Shown: positions 7,967 through 17,592, counted from the first letter of the stretch. The stretch: 64,000 bases of DNA from Desulfatiglandales bacterium (GCA_963667015.2 CAXXJJ010000004.1:3712001-3776000); one strand, 5' to 3'. The notes: generated from the letters alone by a model not told the origin. Numbers and translations: made by a program.

Positions 7967-9028
7967 GAAAATCAAGCCTTGTTGCATTCAAAAGGACAAT
8001 TTCTGGTTTACCAGGCTGAAGATGGTAAACTCAAGCTGGATGTGCGCCTGGAAGATGAAACAGTATGGCTAACGCAGAAGTTAATAGCTGAGCTTTTTCA
8101 AGTAGGTGTAAATACAATAAATTATCATATTAAAGAAATATATAATGAGAAAGAGCTGACTCCGGAGGCAACTATTCGAAAATTTCGAATAGTTCAGAAA
8201 GAGGGAAAAAGAGATGTAGAGAGATTGCTGGATTATTACAATCTGGACATGATTATCTCAGTAGGATATCGGGTCAAAAGCCATGTTGCCACACGGTTTC
8301 GTATCTGGGCCACTGAACTTCTTAGAGAATACGTCGTAAAAGGTTTTATCCTGGATGATGAACGTTTAAAAAATCCTGATCAGCCCTTTGATTATTTTGA
8401 AGAACTCACAAGACGCATTCAGGATATCAGGACCTCGGAACGGCGGTTCTATCAGAAAATCACAGATATTTATGCCACCAGCATTGATTATGATCCTACA
8501 CTGGATATCAGCCTGGAGTTTTTCAAAACAGTTCAGAATAAAATGCACTGGGCCATAACCGGCCAGACAGCAGCAGAAATTATCCATTCCCGTGCGGATG
8601 CGGAAAAACCCAATATGGGTCTTACAAACTACAGAGGTGCAAAGGTTCGTAAACAGGATGTATCTATTGCCAAGAATTATCTGTCCGAAGATGAACTTGC
8701 GGCACTTAACAATCTTGTTGAACAATACCTGATTTTTGCCCAGGGCCAGGCAATGAGACGCATCCCAATGCATATGAAGGACTGGATTAAAAAACTTGAT
8801 GGATTTCTTACAATCAATGACCGGGATATCCTGAACCATGCAGGAGAAATCAGCCATGAAATGGCAAAACAACTGGCAGAAAATGAATATGATAAATTTC
8901 ATGGGAAAAGGCTTTTATCGGCAAAAAATGAACTGAGTGATTTTGATAAGGCGATGGATCAGATAGACACCTCTAATAAAAGATCATTAACCACGAAACA
9001 CACGAAAGGCACGAAAGAAAAACATTAA
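7955..9028 (+). CDS. rhuM: RhuM-family protein
   Basis: ETVWLTQ, YNLDMIISVGYRVKS, FRIWAT, IRTSERRFYQK, VQNKMHWA, IAKNYL; ATG at 7955 follows an AAGGTG RBS. Confidence 0.92.
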   Translation: MKEKENQALLHSKGQFLVYQAEDGKLKLDVRLEDETVWLTQKLIAELFQVGVNTINYHIKEIYNEKELTPEATIRKFRIVQKEGKRDVERLLDYYNLDMIISVGYRVKSHVATRFRIWATELLREYVVKGFILDDERLKNPDQPFDYFEELTRRIQDIRTSERRFYQKITDIYATSIDYDPTLDISLEFFKTVQNKMHWAITGQTAAEIIHSRADAEKPNMGLTNYRGAKVRKQDVSIAKNYLSEDELAALNNLVEQYLIFAQGQAMRRIPMHMKDWIKKLDGFLTINDRDILNHAGEISHEMAKQLAENEYDKFHGKRLLSAKNELSDFDKAMDQIDTSNKRSLTTKHTKGTKEKH

Positions 9029-9083
9029 ATTTTTCAAGAAAAGAATAAAATCTTTTCGTGTGTTTCGTGACTTTCGTGGTTAA
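8987..9083. repeat. Inverted repeat built from CACGAAA units
   Basis: TTAACCACGAAACACACGAAAGGCACGAAA ... TTTCGTGTGTTTCGTGACTTTCGTGGTTAA. Confidence 0.8.
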
Positions 9084-9205
9084 AAAAGGTTTTTAAATAT
9101 GAAAGAGTGAAAGCCCTAAACTTATTAACTTGTCAAGGTATCTAGTTGATATAAAACGGAAACAAGAATGGAGAACAGGGTGTGTTTTCAAATGCTATAA
9201 ATTAA

Positions 9206-9643
9206 ATGGTGGCAAATATGTTTGATGAGTTGAGACAATATTCTGAGAACGATCATTTCTTTTTTGATAAAGAAAAACCTTTAAAGGATTCATGCAATGC
9301 ACCAAAGAATCGAAGTGGTGTTTATCTGGTGAATGCTTTATCACTGGGCAGTATTGAAATCGTTTATATTGGTTCTTCCGGAAAAATTCTGAATGACGGC
9401 CTTCTTAAGCAGAGAGAGGGCGGCTTATACGATCGCATTGTGAACGGTAAGCAGTTTAATGGACCAAGGAGAAAAACATGGCCATTGAAAATGGATGAAG
9501 AACAAATAGATGCTTTGGATATTTACTGGTATGAAACTTTCAATAACTCAATTCAGCATATTCCTAAATACGTTGAAGGATTGGTTTTACAAAAATATTT
9601 CGAGCTTTATAATCAATTACCCATGTGGAATAAGGAGTATTAA
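9206..9643 (+). CDS. GIY-YIG superfamily protein
   Basis: SGVYLV...IVYIGSSG, LYDRI, YVEGLVLQ, LPMWN. Confidence 0.78.
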   Translation: MVANMFDELRQYSENDHFFFDKEKPLKDSCNAPKNRSGVYLVNALSLGSIEIVYIGSSGKILNDGLLKQREGGLYDRIVNGKQFNGPRRKTWPLKMDEEQIDALDIYWYETFNNSIQHIPKYVEGLVLQKYFELYNQLPMWNKEY

Positions 9644-9649
9644 CGCATT

Positions 9650-10507
9650 TTAAGAGTTAATCGCGGTATTTAGACGACGTGATAAACTAATTAAGTCATC
9701 ATGCTTATCTGAATCAATTACAGATTCAGCTTCCCATTTTTCTTTTATGAAATCATGTGTTTCTAAAAGATCCACAGATGGCCTTTCAATTCCATTAAAA
9801 ATGATTCCTATCCTTTCAGACTTTTTACCTGTGTGTGAATAAATATCATCTTTATGTTTACCATATTGCCAAAAAACTTTGTTGAGTTTCACAAACCTAT
9901 TCATGATCGCATCAATAGAGCTATGTAAACTGATGGTATCAATAAATAAAAGTTTATCTTGAGCATCATAACATCTCGAAATCTTATGTACCTGTTTTGG
10001 CAAACTATCATATAATTTTTGGCTGACAAATTCTTTTAAGTCGACATTTTTAAGCAGGCTGCGTTTGCTGAGATTATATTTACCCAACAGCAATAGATCT
10101 AACTTGCCTGTAAGATTATCACGCTTCTTTTTTGTTGTTTTACCTTCCTCAGGTTTGGACAAATAATGTTTTTTCAGCATTTTTAATAAAGCAGAATCCG
10201 GGGTTTCCAGTAATTCGTGAGGTTGAGAAATAATAAATTGAGGTTCTCTTTGCTTTATTTTTTCCAGTAATTCCTGTCCGCTTATGTTTTTCTTTAACAG
10301 GGAATCAAATGTGAAACGTAAAAATGATCCATCTTCGTTTGTCCCTATAGACTGTAGCCTCGGGAAATTTTCATCATATGTGATATAGCTTCGTTTCTCG
10401 CTTGACACAAGCAAGCCAACATTTGCACTCTCGTTATTCTCAGGAGAAGGAGAATAAGAGATTATGTAATATGCCCATTCAGATGGATTTGTGGATTTCA
10501 TTTCCAA
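9650..10507 (-). CDS. DUF3037-domain protein
   Basis: N-terminal YYIISYSPSPENNESANVGLLV typical of DUF3037; overlaps the stop of the upstream HipA-like kinase. Confidence 0.72.
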   Translation of the reverse strand: MEMKSTNPSEWAYYIISYSPSPENNESANVGLLVSSEKRSYITYDENFPRLQSIGTNEDGSFLRFTFDSLLKKNISGQELLEKIKQREPQFIISQPHELLETPDSALLKMLKKHYLSKPEEGKTTKKKRDNLTGKLDLLLLGKYNLSKRSLLKNVDLKEFVSQKLYDSLPKQVHKISRCYDAQDKLLFIDTISLHSSIDAIMNRFVKLNKVFWQYGKHKDDIYSHTGKKSERIGIIFNGIERPSVDLLETHDFIKEKWEAESVIDSDKHDDLISLSRRLNTAINS

Positions 10508-11244
10508 TACCTCCTGATTAGGGTTGTTATGTTATTTGCTCTGTCTCTCAATAATCTTCGCATATTTAGTAAGTTATTTTTGTCAGCCTTAATAGTATCA
10601 TACAAACGTTCCAGATGGTGAAAAATTTGATCATTGTCTGGCAGCGCTGAGATACTTCTTAATGTTTGTTCTGGGGGTACGTGAATTCCCGAAAGTATGT
10701 CACCCAAAATTCCATTTGGCCAATAATCCTCTTCATGATTGTTAAGTACTAAAATATTGGCAGGATTTAACACACGACTTTTCTCGAAGTCAATAGCATA
10801 CAGGTAAAAGACTGGAGGGGTTTCGATTTTATCGATAGAAGCGACAAAATTCCCCATATTTCTGTCGTAGTTTGATATTAAGATGTCGAATGCTATTATA
10901 CCGGGTATATCTTCTCGATTACTGATATGAGCATTAGTTAATATGTCTTCCACATCTTTTATTTTTATTTCTTTGCTGGCAAAATAATAAGAGTCATCCT
11001 GATAGGCAAGGCCGTAGTCAGGTACAGGGATGTTGATATGACGTGCCAGCAAATAAGCGGAATATTCAGCAATGACAAGATTAATATCAGGACCTTTCAA
11101 TATATATTTACTGCCATTTTCTGCGAGAGCTATTAATGGTCGAGTACTGTAGATTATTCCGCTTCTGTGAGGTTTTTTTAGTTCACCTTTTTCAGCAAGT
11201 TTAATTTTAGGGATGTCAAACTGAAGGCTTAATTGTTTAGGCAT
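10498..11244 (-). CDS. HipA-like (PI3K/PI4K-fold) kinase
   Basis: STRP, YILKG, AEY, FDILISNYDRNMGN catalytic loop, AIDFE. Confidence 0.82.
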   Translation of the reverse strand: MPKQLSLQFDIPKIKLAEKGELKKPHRSGIIYSTRPLIALAENGSKYILKGPDINLVIAEYSAYLLARHINIPVPDYGLAYQDDSYYFASKEIKIKDVEDILTNAHISNREDIPGIIAFDILISNYDRNMGNFVASIDKIETPPVFYLYAIDFEKSRVLNPANILVLNNHEEDYWPNGILGDILSGIHVPPEQTLRSISALPDNDQIFHHLERLYDTIKADKNNLLNMRRLLRDRANNITTLIRRYWK

Positions 11245-11394
11245 GATCGATTCCTATTCAGGGATACATCTCTGAGTTTTCGATTTTATATATTCGATTA
11301 ATGGAATTTAATCTATGTGTTTCAAATTGTGCCTAAATATTTAAATACACTCAAATTCAGAAAAAGTGAAGTACAATCATTAATTAACAATTCT

Positions 11395-12697
11395 GGTTCA
11401 TCCGGTTAATGAGTACATAAAGTTGAAATAGAGGTGGAATAGGTTGATAATCCAATGGTAACCACACCAAAAGGAGAAATCAACCATGTCCACCTCATTA
11501 CTCTATCATGCCTTTGGAATCAAAGGAGTCAAGTATATTTCTACAAAATATAAAAATGGGGTTACTATATTTAACTCAGAAGTATCAAATTCCATTGAGT
11601 ATTGCCCTGAGTGTAAAAGTCATAAAACAAGCAGACAAAAGGGTGTAAAAATCAGGGATTTTAAAATGAACCCCATAGGTTCGAGGCCAACCTTTCTAAG
11701 GGTAAAGATATGGCGTCTTTATTGTGAAGACTGTCACTCTCTAAGATGGCCTAAACTCCCTTTTTCCGAGGGTAAAAAACGATATACAAGGCGTTTCGCA
11801 AAATTTGCTATTGATCTACTACACTGGATGACTGTCTCCGGAACAGCCAGCATTCTAAGTGTTGGTTGGGATCTGATTAAAGATATCCATAAGGAACACT
11901 TAAAACGCCGTTACAAAACACCACCATTGGAAAAATTAGAATACCTGGGCATTGATGAATTTAGTATTAGAAAAGGTCATAATTATATGAGTATCTTTGT
12001 TGATCTTAAATCAGGACGTATACTCCACGCCGTTGAAGGCCGATCAGGTGAAGATATAGAACCCTTTCTAAAACGCATAAAAAAAAGATCCCCTAAGCTA
12101 AAAGCCATTGCCATGGACATGAGTAAAAGCTATATCGCTGCAGTGCAGGAGCATTTGCCCCTTGTACCAATAGTTTTCGATCACTATCACATCTCTGCTT
12201 TAATGAACAATGCCATTGAGGATGTGAGGCGGGAGCAACAGGCAAAAATCGATCAAGAAGGAGCAAATCTCATAAAAGGCTCCCGCTTCCTTCTTTTGAA
12301 AAATTACGAAAACCTTTGTGATGAAAAGCAAGACCGCCTTAATAACTTGCTCCGGGTCAACGAACCTCTTTTCACTGCCCATACAATGAAAGAACAACTG
12401 AGACAATTTTGGGAAAAAGACACTTACATTGACGCAGCTTTGTTCCTGGATGCGTGGTGCACTGATGCTGAAAAATCAGGCATAAAACCTTTAGTAAAAG
12501 TATCCAAAACCCTTATGCAGCATAGCCATGGTTTATTGAACTACTTTTTCCATCGAATTACTTCCGCTCAAGTCGAAGGTATTAATAATAAAATAAAAAC
12601 CCTTAAAAGACAGGCCTATGGCTTTCGGGATATGGTATACTTTAAATTGAGATTGTATCATTTACACTCTCAGGCGTACTCATTAACCGGATGATCC
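11395..12697 (+). mobile_element. Complete ISL3-family insertion sequence (1303 bp)
   Basis: 22-bp terminal inverted repeats GGTTCATCCGGTTAATGAGTAC / GTACTCATTAACCGGATGATCC (1 mismatch); 8-bp target duplication ACAATTCT at 11387-11394 and 12698-12705. Confidence 0.96.
11486..12694 (+). CDS. ISL3-family DDE transposase
   Basis: CPEC...CEDC zinc finger, LGIDEF, AMDM, FDHYH, EGINNKIKTLKRQAYGFR. Confidence 0.96.
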   Translation: MSTSLLYHAFGIKGVKYISTKYKNGVTIFNSEVSNSIEYCPECKSHKTSRQKGVKIRDFKMNPIGSRPTFLRVKIWRLYCEDCHSLRWPKLPFSEGKKRYTRRFAKFAIDLLHWMTVSGTASILSVGWDLIKDIHKEHLKRRYKTPPLEKLEYLGIDEFSIRKGHNYMSIFVDLKSGRILHAVEGRSGEDIEPFLKRIKKRSPKLKAIAMDMSKSYIAAVQEHLPLVPIVFDHYHISALMNNAIEDVRREQQAKIDQEGANLIKGSRFLLLKNYENLCDEKQDRLNNLLRVNEPLFTAHTMKEQLRQFWEKDTYIDAALFLDAWCTDAEKSGIKPLVKVSKTLMQHSHGLLNYFFHRITSAQVEGINNKIKTLKRQAYGFRDMVYFKLRLYHLHSQAYSLTG

Positions 12698-12957
12698 ACA
12701 ATTCTTGCGTATTTAAAATAATGTATGAGAAAGGGACATCTCCTGTTAGCACTTATGGAAGTGTGGGTTGTGCCTCAAAATATCAATCGAAAAAATTAAT
12801 TATTATCTTTAATTCCAGCTGTTGGGTCGTGTTATCTTTTTCTCTTTTCCAATATCTATTTGATCAGAAAGCATGCTGGAGCTCAGATGTTTTTCTTTCA
12901 TTTTCATGTAAAAGTCACAGGTATTTTAAATCGTTACTGCAGATATGTACTGGAGGC

Positions 12958-12990
12958 AAAAAAAACCCGAGTGCTCGGACAACTCGGGGC
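12958..12990 (-). terminator. Rho-independent terminator (minus strand)
   Basis: Minus strand CCCGAGT-loop-ACTCGGG followed by a T8 run. Confidence 0.65.
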
Positions 12991-12997
12991 CAAAGTA

Positions 12998-13042
12998 TGA
13001 AAATCCGGGGTCTGTGAAAATCCGGGGTCTGACCTTGACATT
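12998..13042 (+). repeat. Tandem pair of TGAAAATCCGGGGTCTG repeats (pair 3)
   Basis: Partial copy 12998-13014, full copy 13015-13042. Confidence 0.92.
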
Positions 13043-13350
13043 GGACAAATTCAGGGCTGTTCAGTAACAAGGATGAGTTTAACAAGATAATTGAAGTGGT
13101 AATAAAAAACGAGGAAAAATAATCAGAAGCCTGCTGCCCGACTTAAGATATTCATAAGCAGTATACAGAACGGGTTTACTGATATCAGGCCTGATCTTAA
13201 GGCATCGAATTCGAATCCTTTAAAAATGAGTCCGGGTCAAACAGTTTTACTTTTACATCTCAAAAATTGGTGATATGGGAATAATATTTACCGGGATAAT
13301 ATTGAGTAGATATTCAAGCTCTTAAACCTGCACACGAAGGTGCGTACAAT

Positions 13351-13812
13351 ATGAAAGAAAAAAAAGAAGAATTAAAAACGAAGAGTAAAAAAAAGCTTGA
13401 GGCAGATTTTAATCAACTGGTCTACTTATTTGAACAGACGCAGAACGCCATGCAGACACAGGCAGCAAGATCTGTTGATATTGCTTTGGTGGTACGTAAC
13501 TGGTTCTTCGGATGGTATATCATTGAGTATCAACAGCATGGCTCTGATAGAGCAGAATATGGAACCGGATTATTAAAAGCCTTATCAAAGGTTCTAAACA
13601 GAAAATTAGGTAAAGGCTTTTCAGTAGACAATCTTGAACTCATGCGAAAATTTTATCTGGAGTTTAAGGATAAGCAGCCGGAATCCTTTAATAATTATTT
13701 AGCCTTGGAGAAATCCGAGACAGTGTCTCGGATTTCCGGACTGATTTCCGAAACAATAAGCAACGGGTCAAGTCTCCTATTAGCTCATGAAAAGCTAGGG
13801 GTCAGACCTTAA
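13351..13812 (+). pseudogene. DUF1016/YhcG N-terminal domain, truncated at GGGTCA repeats
   Basis: RSVDIALVVRNWFFGWYIIEYQQHGSDRAEYG, GKGFSVDNLELMRKFY; nuclease half absent; ends in GGGTCAAGTCT and AGGGGTCAGACCTT motifs. Confidence 0.8.
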
Positions 13813-13889
13813 TTCTTCATTGGCCAATGAAATAGGAATCGTAGTTGAATATTTCAATTAAGATGTTTTGAAAATTTAGGGTAGGAATC

Positions 13890-14915
13890 ATGAAATTAGA
13901 AAACAACCAGTCTGAAATCATCCTTTATAAAACCGACGACGGCAGGATAAAGGTAGATACTATCTTTCAGAATGAAACTATATGGCTGACACAGGCTCAG
14001 ATGAGCGACCTCTTTGATGTAAATGTGCCTGCAATATCCAAACATCTAAACAATATATTTGAAGAGGGGGAACTGCAAAGAGAAGTAACTATTTCCAAAA
14101 TGGAAACAGTTCAACAGGAAGGCAGCCGGCAGGTAACCCGGACCAGGGACTTCTATAACCTCGATGCCATAATTGCTGTGGGTTATCGGGTAAATTCAAA
14201 GCGTGCAACCCAGTTTAGGATATGGGCTACCAATATCCTTAAGGAATACATCATAAAAGGCTTTGCCATGGATGATGACCGGCTTAAAAAAGCTGATCGA
14301 TGGGACTACTTTGATGAATGGCTCGCTCGTATCCGGGACATCCGATCATCGGAGAAACGGTTTTATCAGAAAATCAGGGATATTTACGCTACTGCAATTG
14401 ATTATGATAAGAATTCCGAACAGGCACAGGATTTCTTTAAAAAGGTTCAAAACAAAATGTTATGGGCAGTTACCGGAAAAACCGCTGCAGAACTGATTGA
14501 AGCCCGGAGTGATTCCGGTGCTCCCAATATGGGGTTAACCTCCTAGCGCGGATCGATTGTGAGAAAACAGGATGTAGGTATAGCAAAAAATTATCTGAAT
14601 GCTGATGAGATAAAAGACCTGAATGAAATTGTGACCATGTATCTGGACTATGCTGAACGTCAGGCCAGGCAGAGAAAAACTGTTACCATGGAGCAATGGG
14701 CGGACAAGCTTGATGCATTTCTGGAATTTAGTGAACAGGAATTGCTTACTCATGCTGGAAAGGTCAAAGCGGAAGTTGCGAAAAAGATTGCAGAAGAGCG
14801 GTATTATGAGTTTGAAAAAAAGAGAAAGACATCTGAAGCCATTGCAGCAGATGAGGAAGACATTAAAGAGCTTGAAGAGTTTGAAAAAAGGATTTTAGAA
14901 AACAATAAAAAATAG
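13890..14915 (+). pseudogene. rhuM: Second RhuM-family gene interrupted by one in-frame TAG (14544-14546)
   Basis: ORFs 13890-14546 and 14559-14915 are in the same frame; GLTS*RGSIVRKQDV aligns with GLTNYRGAKVRKQDV of the intact paralogue. Confidence 0.9.
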
Positions 14916-15080
14916 GGGTCGTCCTTCAAAATATCAATTGCGCTATGTATGTGAAAAAACAATGGTTGAATAAGCAATAAAAATGAAAGGAAAAAATCAG
15001 AGGCCTTCTACCCGGTAGAAGAAATTCATAAGAAGTGTATAAAACGAGTTTACTGATATCAGATATGATCTAAAAGTATC

Positions 15081-15377
15081 TTAGTTATCTTTTTTAAGAT
15101 AGGCAATCGTAGCTCCCCACCCGGACGAACCGGAATCAAGAGAAAAATCAGAAACAAGCGGATGTTTTTCAAGCAGAGAATGGACTATCCTTCTGAGCAC
15201 ACCCTTCCCCTTACCGTGGATAATGCGAACTTCGAAAATCTCTTTTTCAGCACAGGCATATATATATTCCTCAACCACATCCGCTGCATCCTTTGGTGAA
15301 AAGGTGTGAAGATCAATTACACCGTCGATCGGGATTTCGATTACTTCTTCATTCTCATAATCATCATATTCGTCCAT
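15081..15377 (-). CDS. Smr/MutS2 C-terminal domain protein
   Basis: IDLH, VRIIHGKGKGVLR, GWGAT. Confidence 0.92.
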   Translation of the reverse strand: MDEYDDYENEEVIEIPIDGVIDLHTFSPKDAADVVEEYIYACAEKEIFEVRIIHGKGKGVLRRIVHSLLEKHPLVSDFSLDSGSSGWGATIAYLKKDN

Positions 15378-15514
15378 TGTTTATTGCCTGTTTTTGAAGC
15401 TGCTATTTCGAAGCCACAACGTATTAGCCCTTGCAACTCATAATAAAAAACTGTCAATTAATATAGTTTTCCCATATACTTTATAATATTCTTTATTTTA
15501 ATCAAATTTTAAAA

Positions 15515-16513
15515 ATGACAGCATCGAAATCTATACCGCCAATATTTCTGGTTCTTATTTTCATTTCACTGCCGGTTGTTGCACACAACAACTTCCTTCT
15601 GTTTCACTCATGCGCTGAAATGTTCAGTATTATCATAGCCTGCGGAATCTTCATGTTTACATGGAATTCCAGGGATTTAATGAACAACAACTATCTCCTG
15701 TTCACAGGAGTGGCTTATTTTTTTGTTGCTGTAATAGATCTACTTCATACCCTTTCCTACAGCGGAATGGGCATTTTCCCCGGTTATGATGCAGATTTGC
15801 CGACTCAATTATGGATCACTGCCAGGCTTATTCAAAGCCTGAGCCTTATCTTTGCGGCCTTTTTCTTCAGGAAGAGGTTAAATCCCTTTCTCTTAAAATG
15901 GATATTCATAGCAGTTACAGGTATTTTAATTGCTGCAATTTTTTCAGGCAACTTTCCATCCTGTTATATAGCGGGAAAGGGGCTGACTGCATTTAAAATT
16001 ACCATGGAATATATTATTTCCACATTTTTTCTTATTTCCGGAGTGCTTCTATTTTTTAATAAAAAGGAATTCGAAAAAGATGTGTACTATCTGATTATGG
16101 GATCTATTGGCCTTACAGTAGTATCGGAACTCTTTTTTACTTTTTATGTAGATGTCCATGATATTTCAAACCTGGCAGGTCATTTAATCAAGGTTATCGC
16201 ATTTTACCTCATATATAAGGCAATAATTGAAACCGGATTCAAGCGGCCCTATGATCTTCTGTTCAGGGATTTGAGCAGAAGAGAGGGAGAATTAAGGGAA
16301 GCTGTTTCCAATGTGAAAACCCTCACAGGTTTACTTCCGATTTGTGCATCATGCAAGAAGATCAGGGATGATAAGGGTTACTGGAAAATGATTGAATCAT
16401 ATATAAGTGAACATTCGGATGCGGAATTCACCCATGGCATTTGCCCTGATTGTGTAAAAAAACTTTATCCGCAACTGGATGAATATTATAACTCCGAAAA
16501 AGGCAAAGCCTGA
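15515..16513 (+). CDS. MASE3 membrane sensor domain protein with Cys-rich C-terminal domain
   Basis: LFHSCAEMFS, IDLLHTLSY, LPTQLW; C-terminal LLPICASCKKIRDDKGYW...THGICPDC. Confidence 0.88.
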   Translation: MTASKSIPPIFLVLIFISLPVVAHNNFLLFHSCAEMFSIIIACGIFMFTWNSRDLMNNNYLLFTGVAYFFVAVIDLLHTLSYSGMGIFPGYDADLPTQLWITARLIQSLSLIFAAFFFRKRLNPFLLKWIFIAVTGILIAAIFSGNFPSCYIAGKGLTAFKITMEYIISTFFLISGVLLFFNKKEFEKDVYYLIMGSIGLTVVSELFFTFYVDVHDISNLAGHLIKVIAFYLIYKAIIETGFKRPYDLLFRDLSRREGELREAVSNVKTLTGLLPICASCKKIRDDKGYWKMIESYISEHSDAEFTHGICPDCVKKLYPQLDEYYNSEKGKA

Positions 16514-16542
16514 ATTAGACACATTTTAAAAAGGAACAAGCG

Positions 16543-17592
16543 TTGTTTGAACAGGGAGTAATAAGACCGCCAAGTGAGGCACAGAGCCTTCTTGTGAGAG
16601 TTACCAGAAACTGTCCGTGGAACAGGTATCATATATGTCCTGCCTACAAGGGTGAAAAATTTTCCCTCAGGAGCGTGGCGGAAATTAAAAATGATATAGA
16701 CATGATGGCTGATGCCTATGGTTCAGCCGGATATGAATCTGCATTTCTTCAGGATGCAGACAGCCTTATCATTCCGACAAACGACCTTGTTGAAATTTTA
16801 AAGCACATTAAAAAAACCTTTCCGGGCATAAAAAGAATAACCACCTATGCCAGGGCCAAATCAATGAAAAGAAAGAGGGTTGAAGAATTGATAGAGCTCA
16901 GGGAGGAAGGCCTTAACCGGATACACTCGGGAATGGAAAGCGGTTCACCGGAGGTATTAAAGCTGATTATGAAGGGTATTAAGCCGGAGGATGTTATCAC
17001 CGGTGGAAGCCGTGTTGTAGCGTCAGGAATATCCCTGTCGGAATATATTATGCCGGGAGTCGGCGGCAGAAAGTTTTCTAACGAGCACGCGGTTGAGACA
17101 GCAAGGATACTCAACATAGTAAAGCCCGACTACATAAGGGTAAGAACCTTTGCAGTTCATCCGATGTCGCCGATACAAAAGATGGTTAATGAGGGATCAT
17201 TCATACCTTTAACAGATGAAGAGGTCGTAAGGGAAATCCGGCTCCTGCTCGAAAACCTTGATGAAATTCCCGCGCATTTCAGATGCGGAGATTTTAGCCT
17301 TAATCTTCTTATGCAGGTGGATGGATACCTTGATAAAGATAAGGAAAAAATGATTGCAGAAATTGACCGGTACCTTGCCCTGCCGGAAAGACAGAAAAAG
17401 GCCTATTCGTTAATTCAGCGAACCTATCCTGGAATGCGTTCTCTTGATGTTTTGAATGATGAAAATCTCGTTAATGAAATTGAATTACAAATAGAAAAAC
17501 TGGAAAAAGGCGAAGAGGATGGATTCAACAGATATATAAGGAAGTTAATGACCTACCAGCTCCCTCAGCCGCAGAATGATGTGTGGGGATAA
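16543..17592 (+). CDS. Radical SAM superfamily protein with an altered cluster motif
   Basis: IRPPSEA, AFLQDADSL, GMESG; motif reads CPWNRYHIC (Tyr where a Cys is expected). Confidence 0.8.
   Translation: MFEQGVIRPPSEAQSLLVRVTRNCPWNRYHICPAYKGEKFSLRSVAEIKNDIDMMADAYGSAGYESAFLQDADSLIIPTNDLVEILKHIKKTFPGIKRITTYARAKSMKRKRVEELIELREEGLNRIHSGMESGSPEVLKLIMKGIKPEDVITGGSRVVASGISLSEYIMPGVGGRKFSNEHAVETARILNIVKPDYIRVRTFAVHPMSPIQKMVNEGSFIPLTDEEVVREIRLLLENLDEIPAHFRCGDFSLNLLMQVDGYLDKDKEKMIAEIDRYLALPERQKKAYSLIQRTYPGMRSLDVLNDENLVNEIELQIEKLEKGEEDGFNRYIRKLMTYQLPQPQNDVWG

Noticed and set aside
12691..13017. 108-aa ORF after ISL3
   Set aside because: Starts inside the IS inverted repeat, ends in repeat DNA and has no recognisable motifs.
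7072..13042. GAAAATCCGGGGTC repeats as a CRISPR array
   Set aside because: They occur as adjacent pairs with 0-4 nt between copies, have no regular unique spacers, and no cas genes are in the window.
14544..14546. Pyrrolysine codon in rhuM
   Set aside because: Aligns with an aromatic residue, no pyl genes in the window, and pseudogenes are common nearby.
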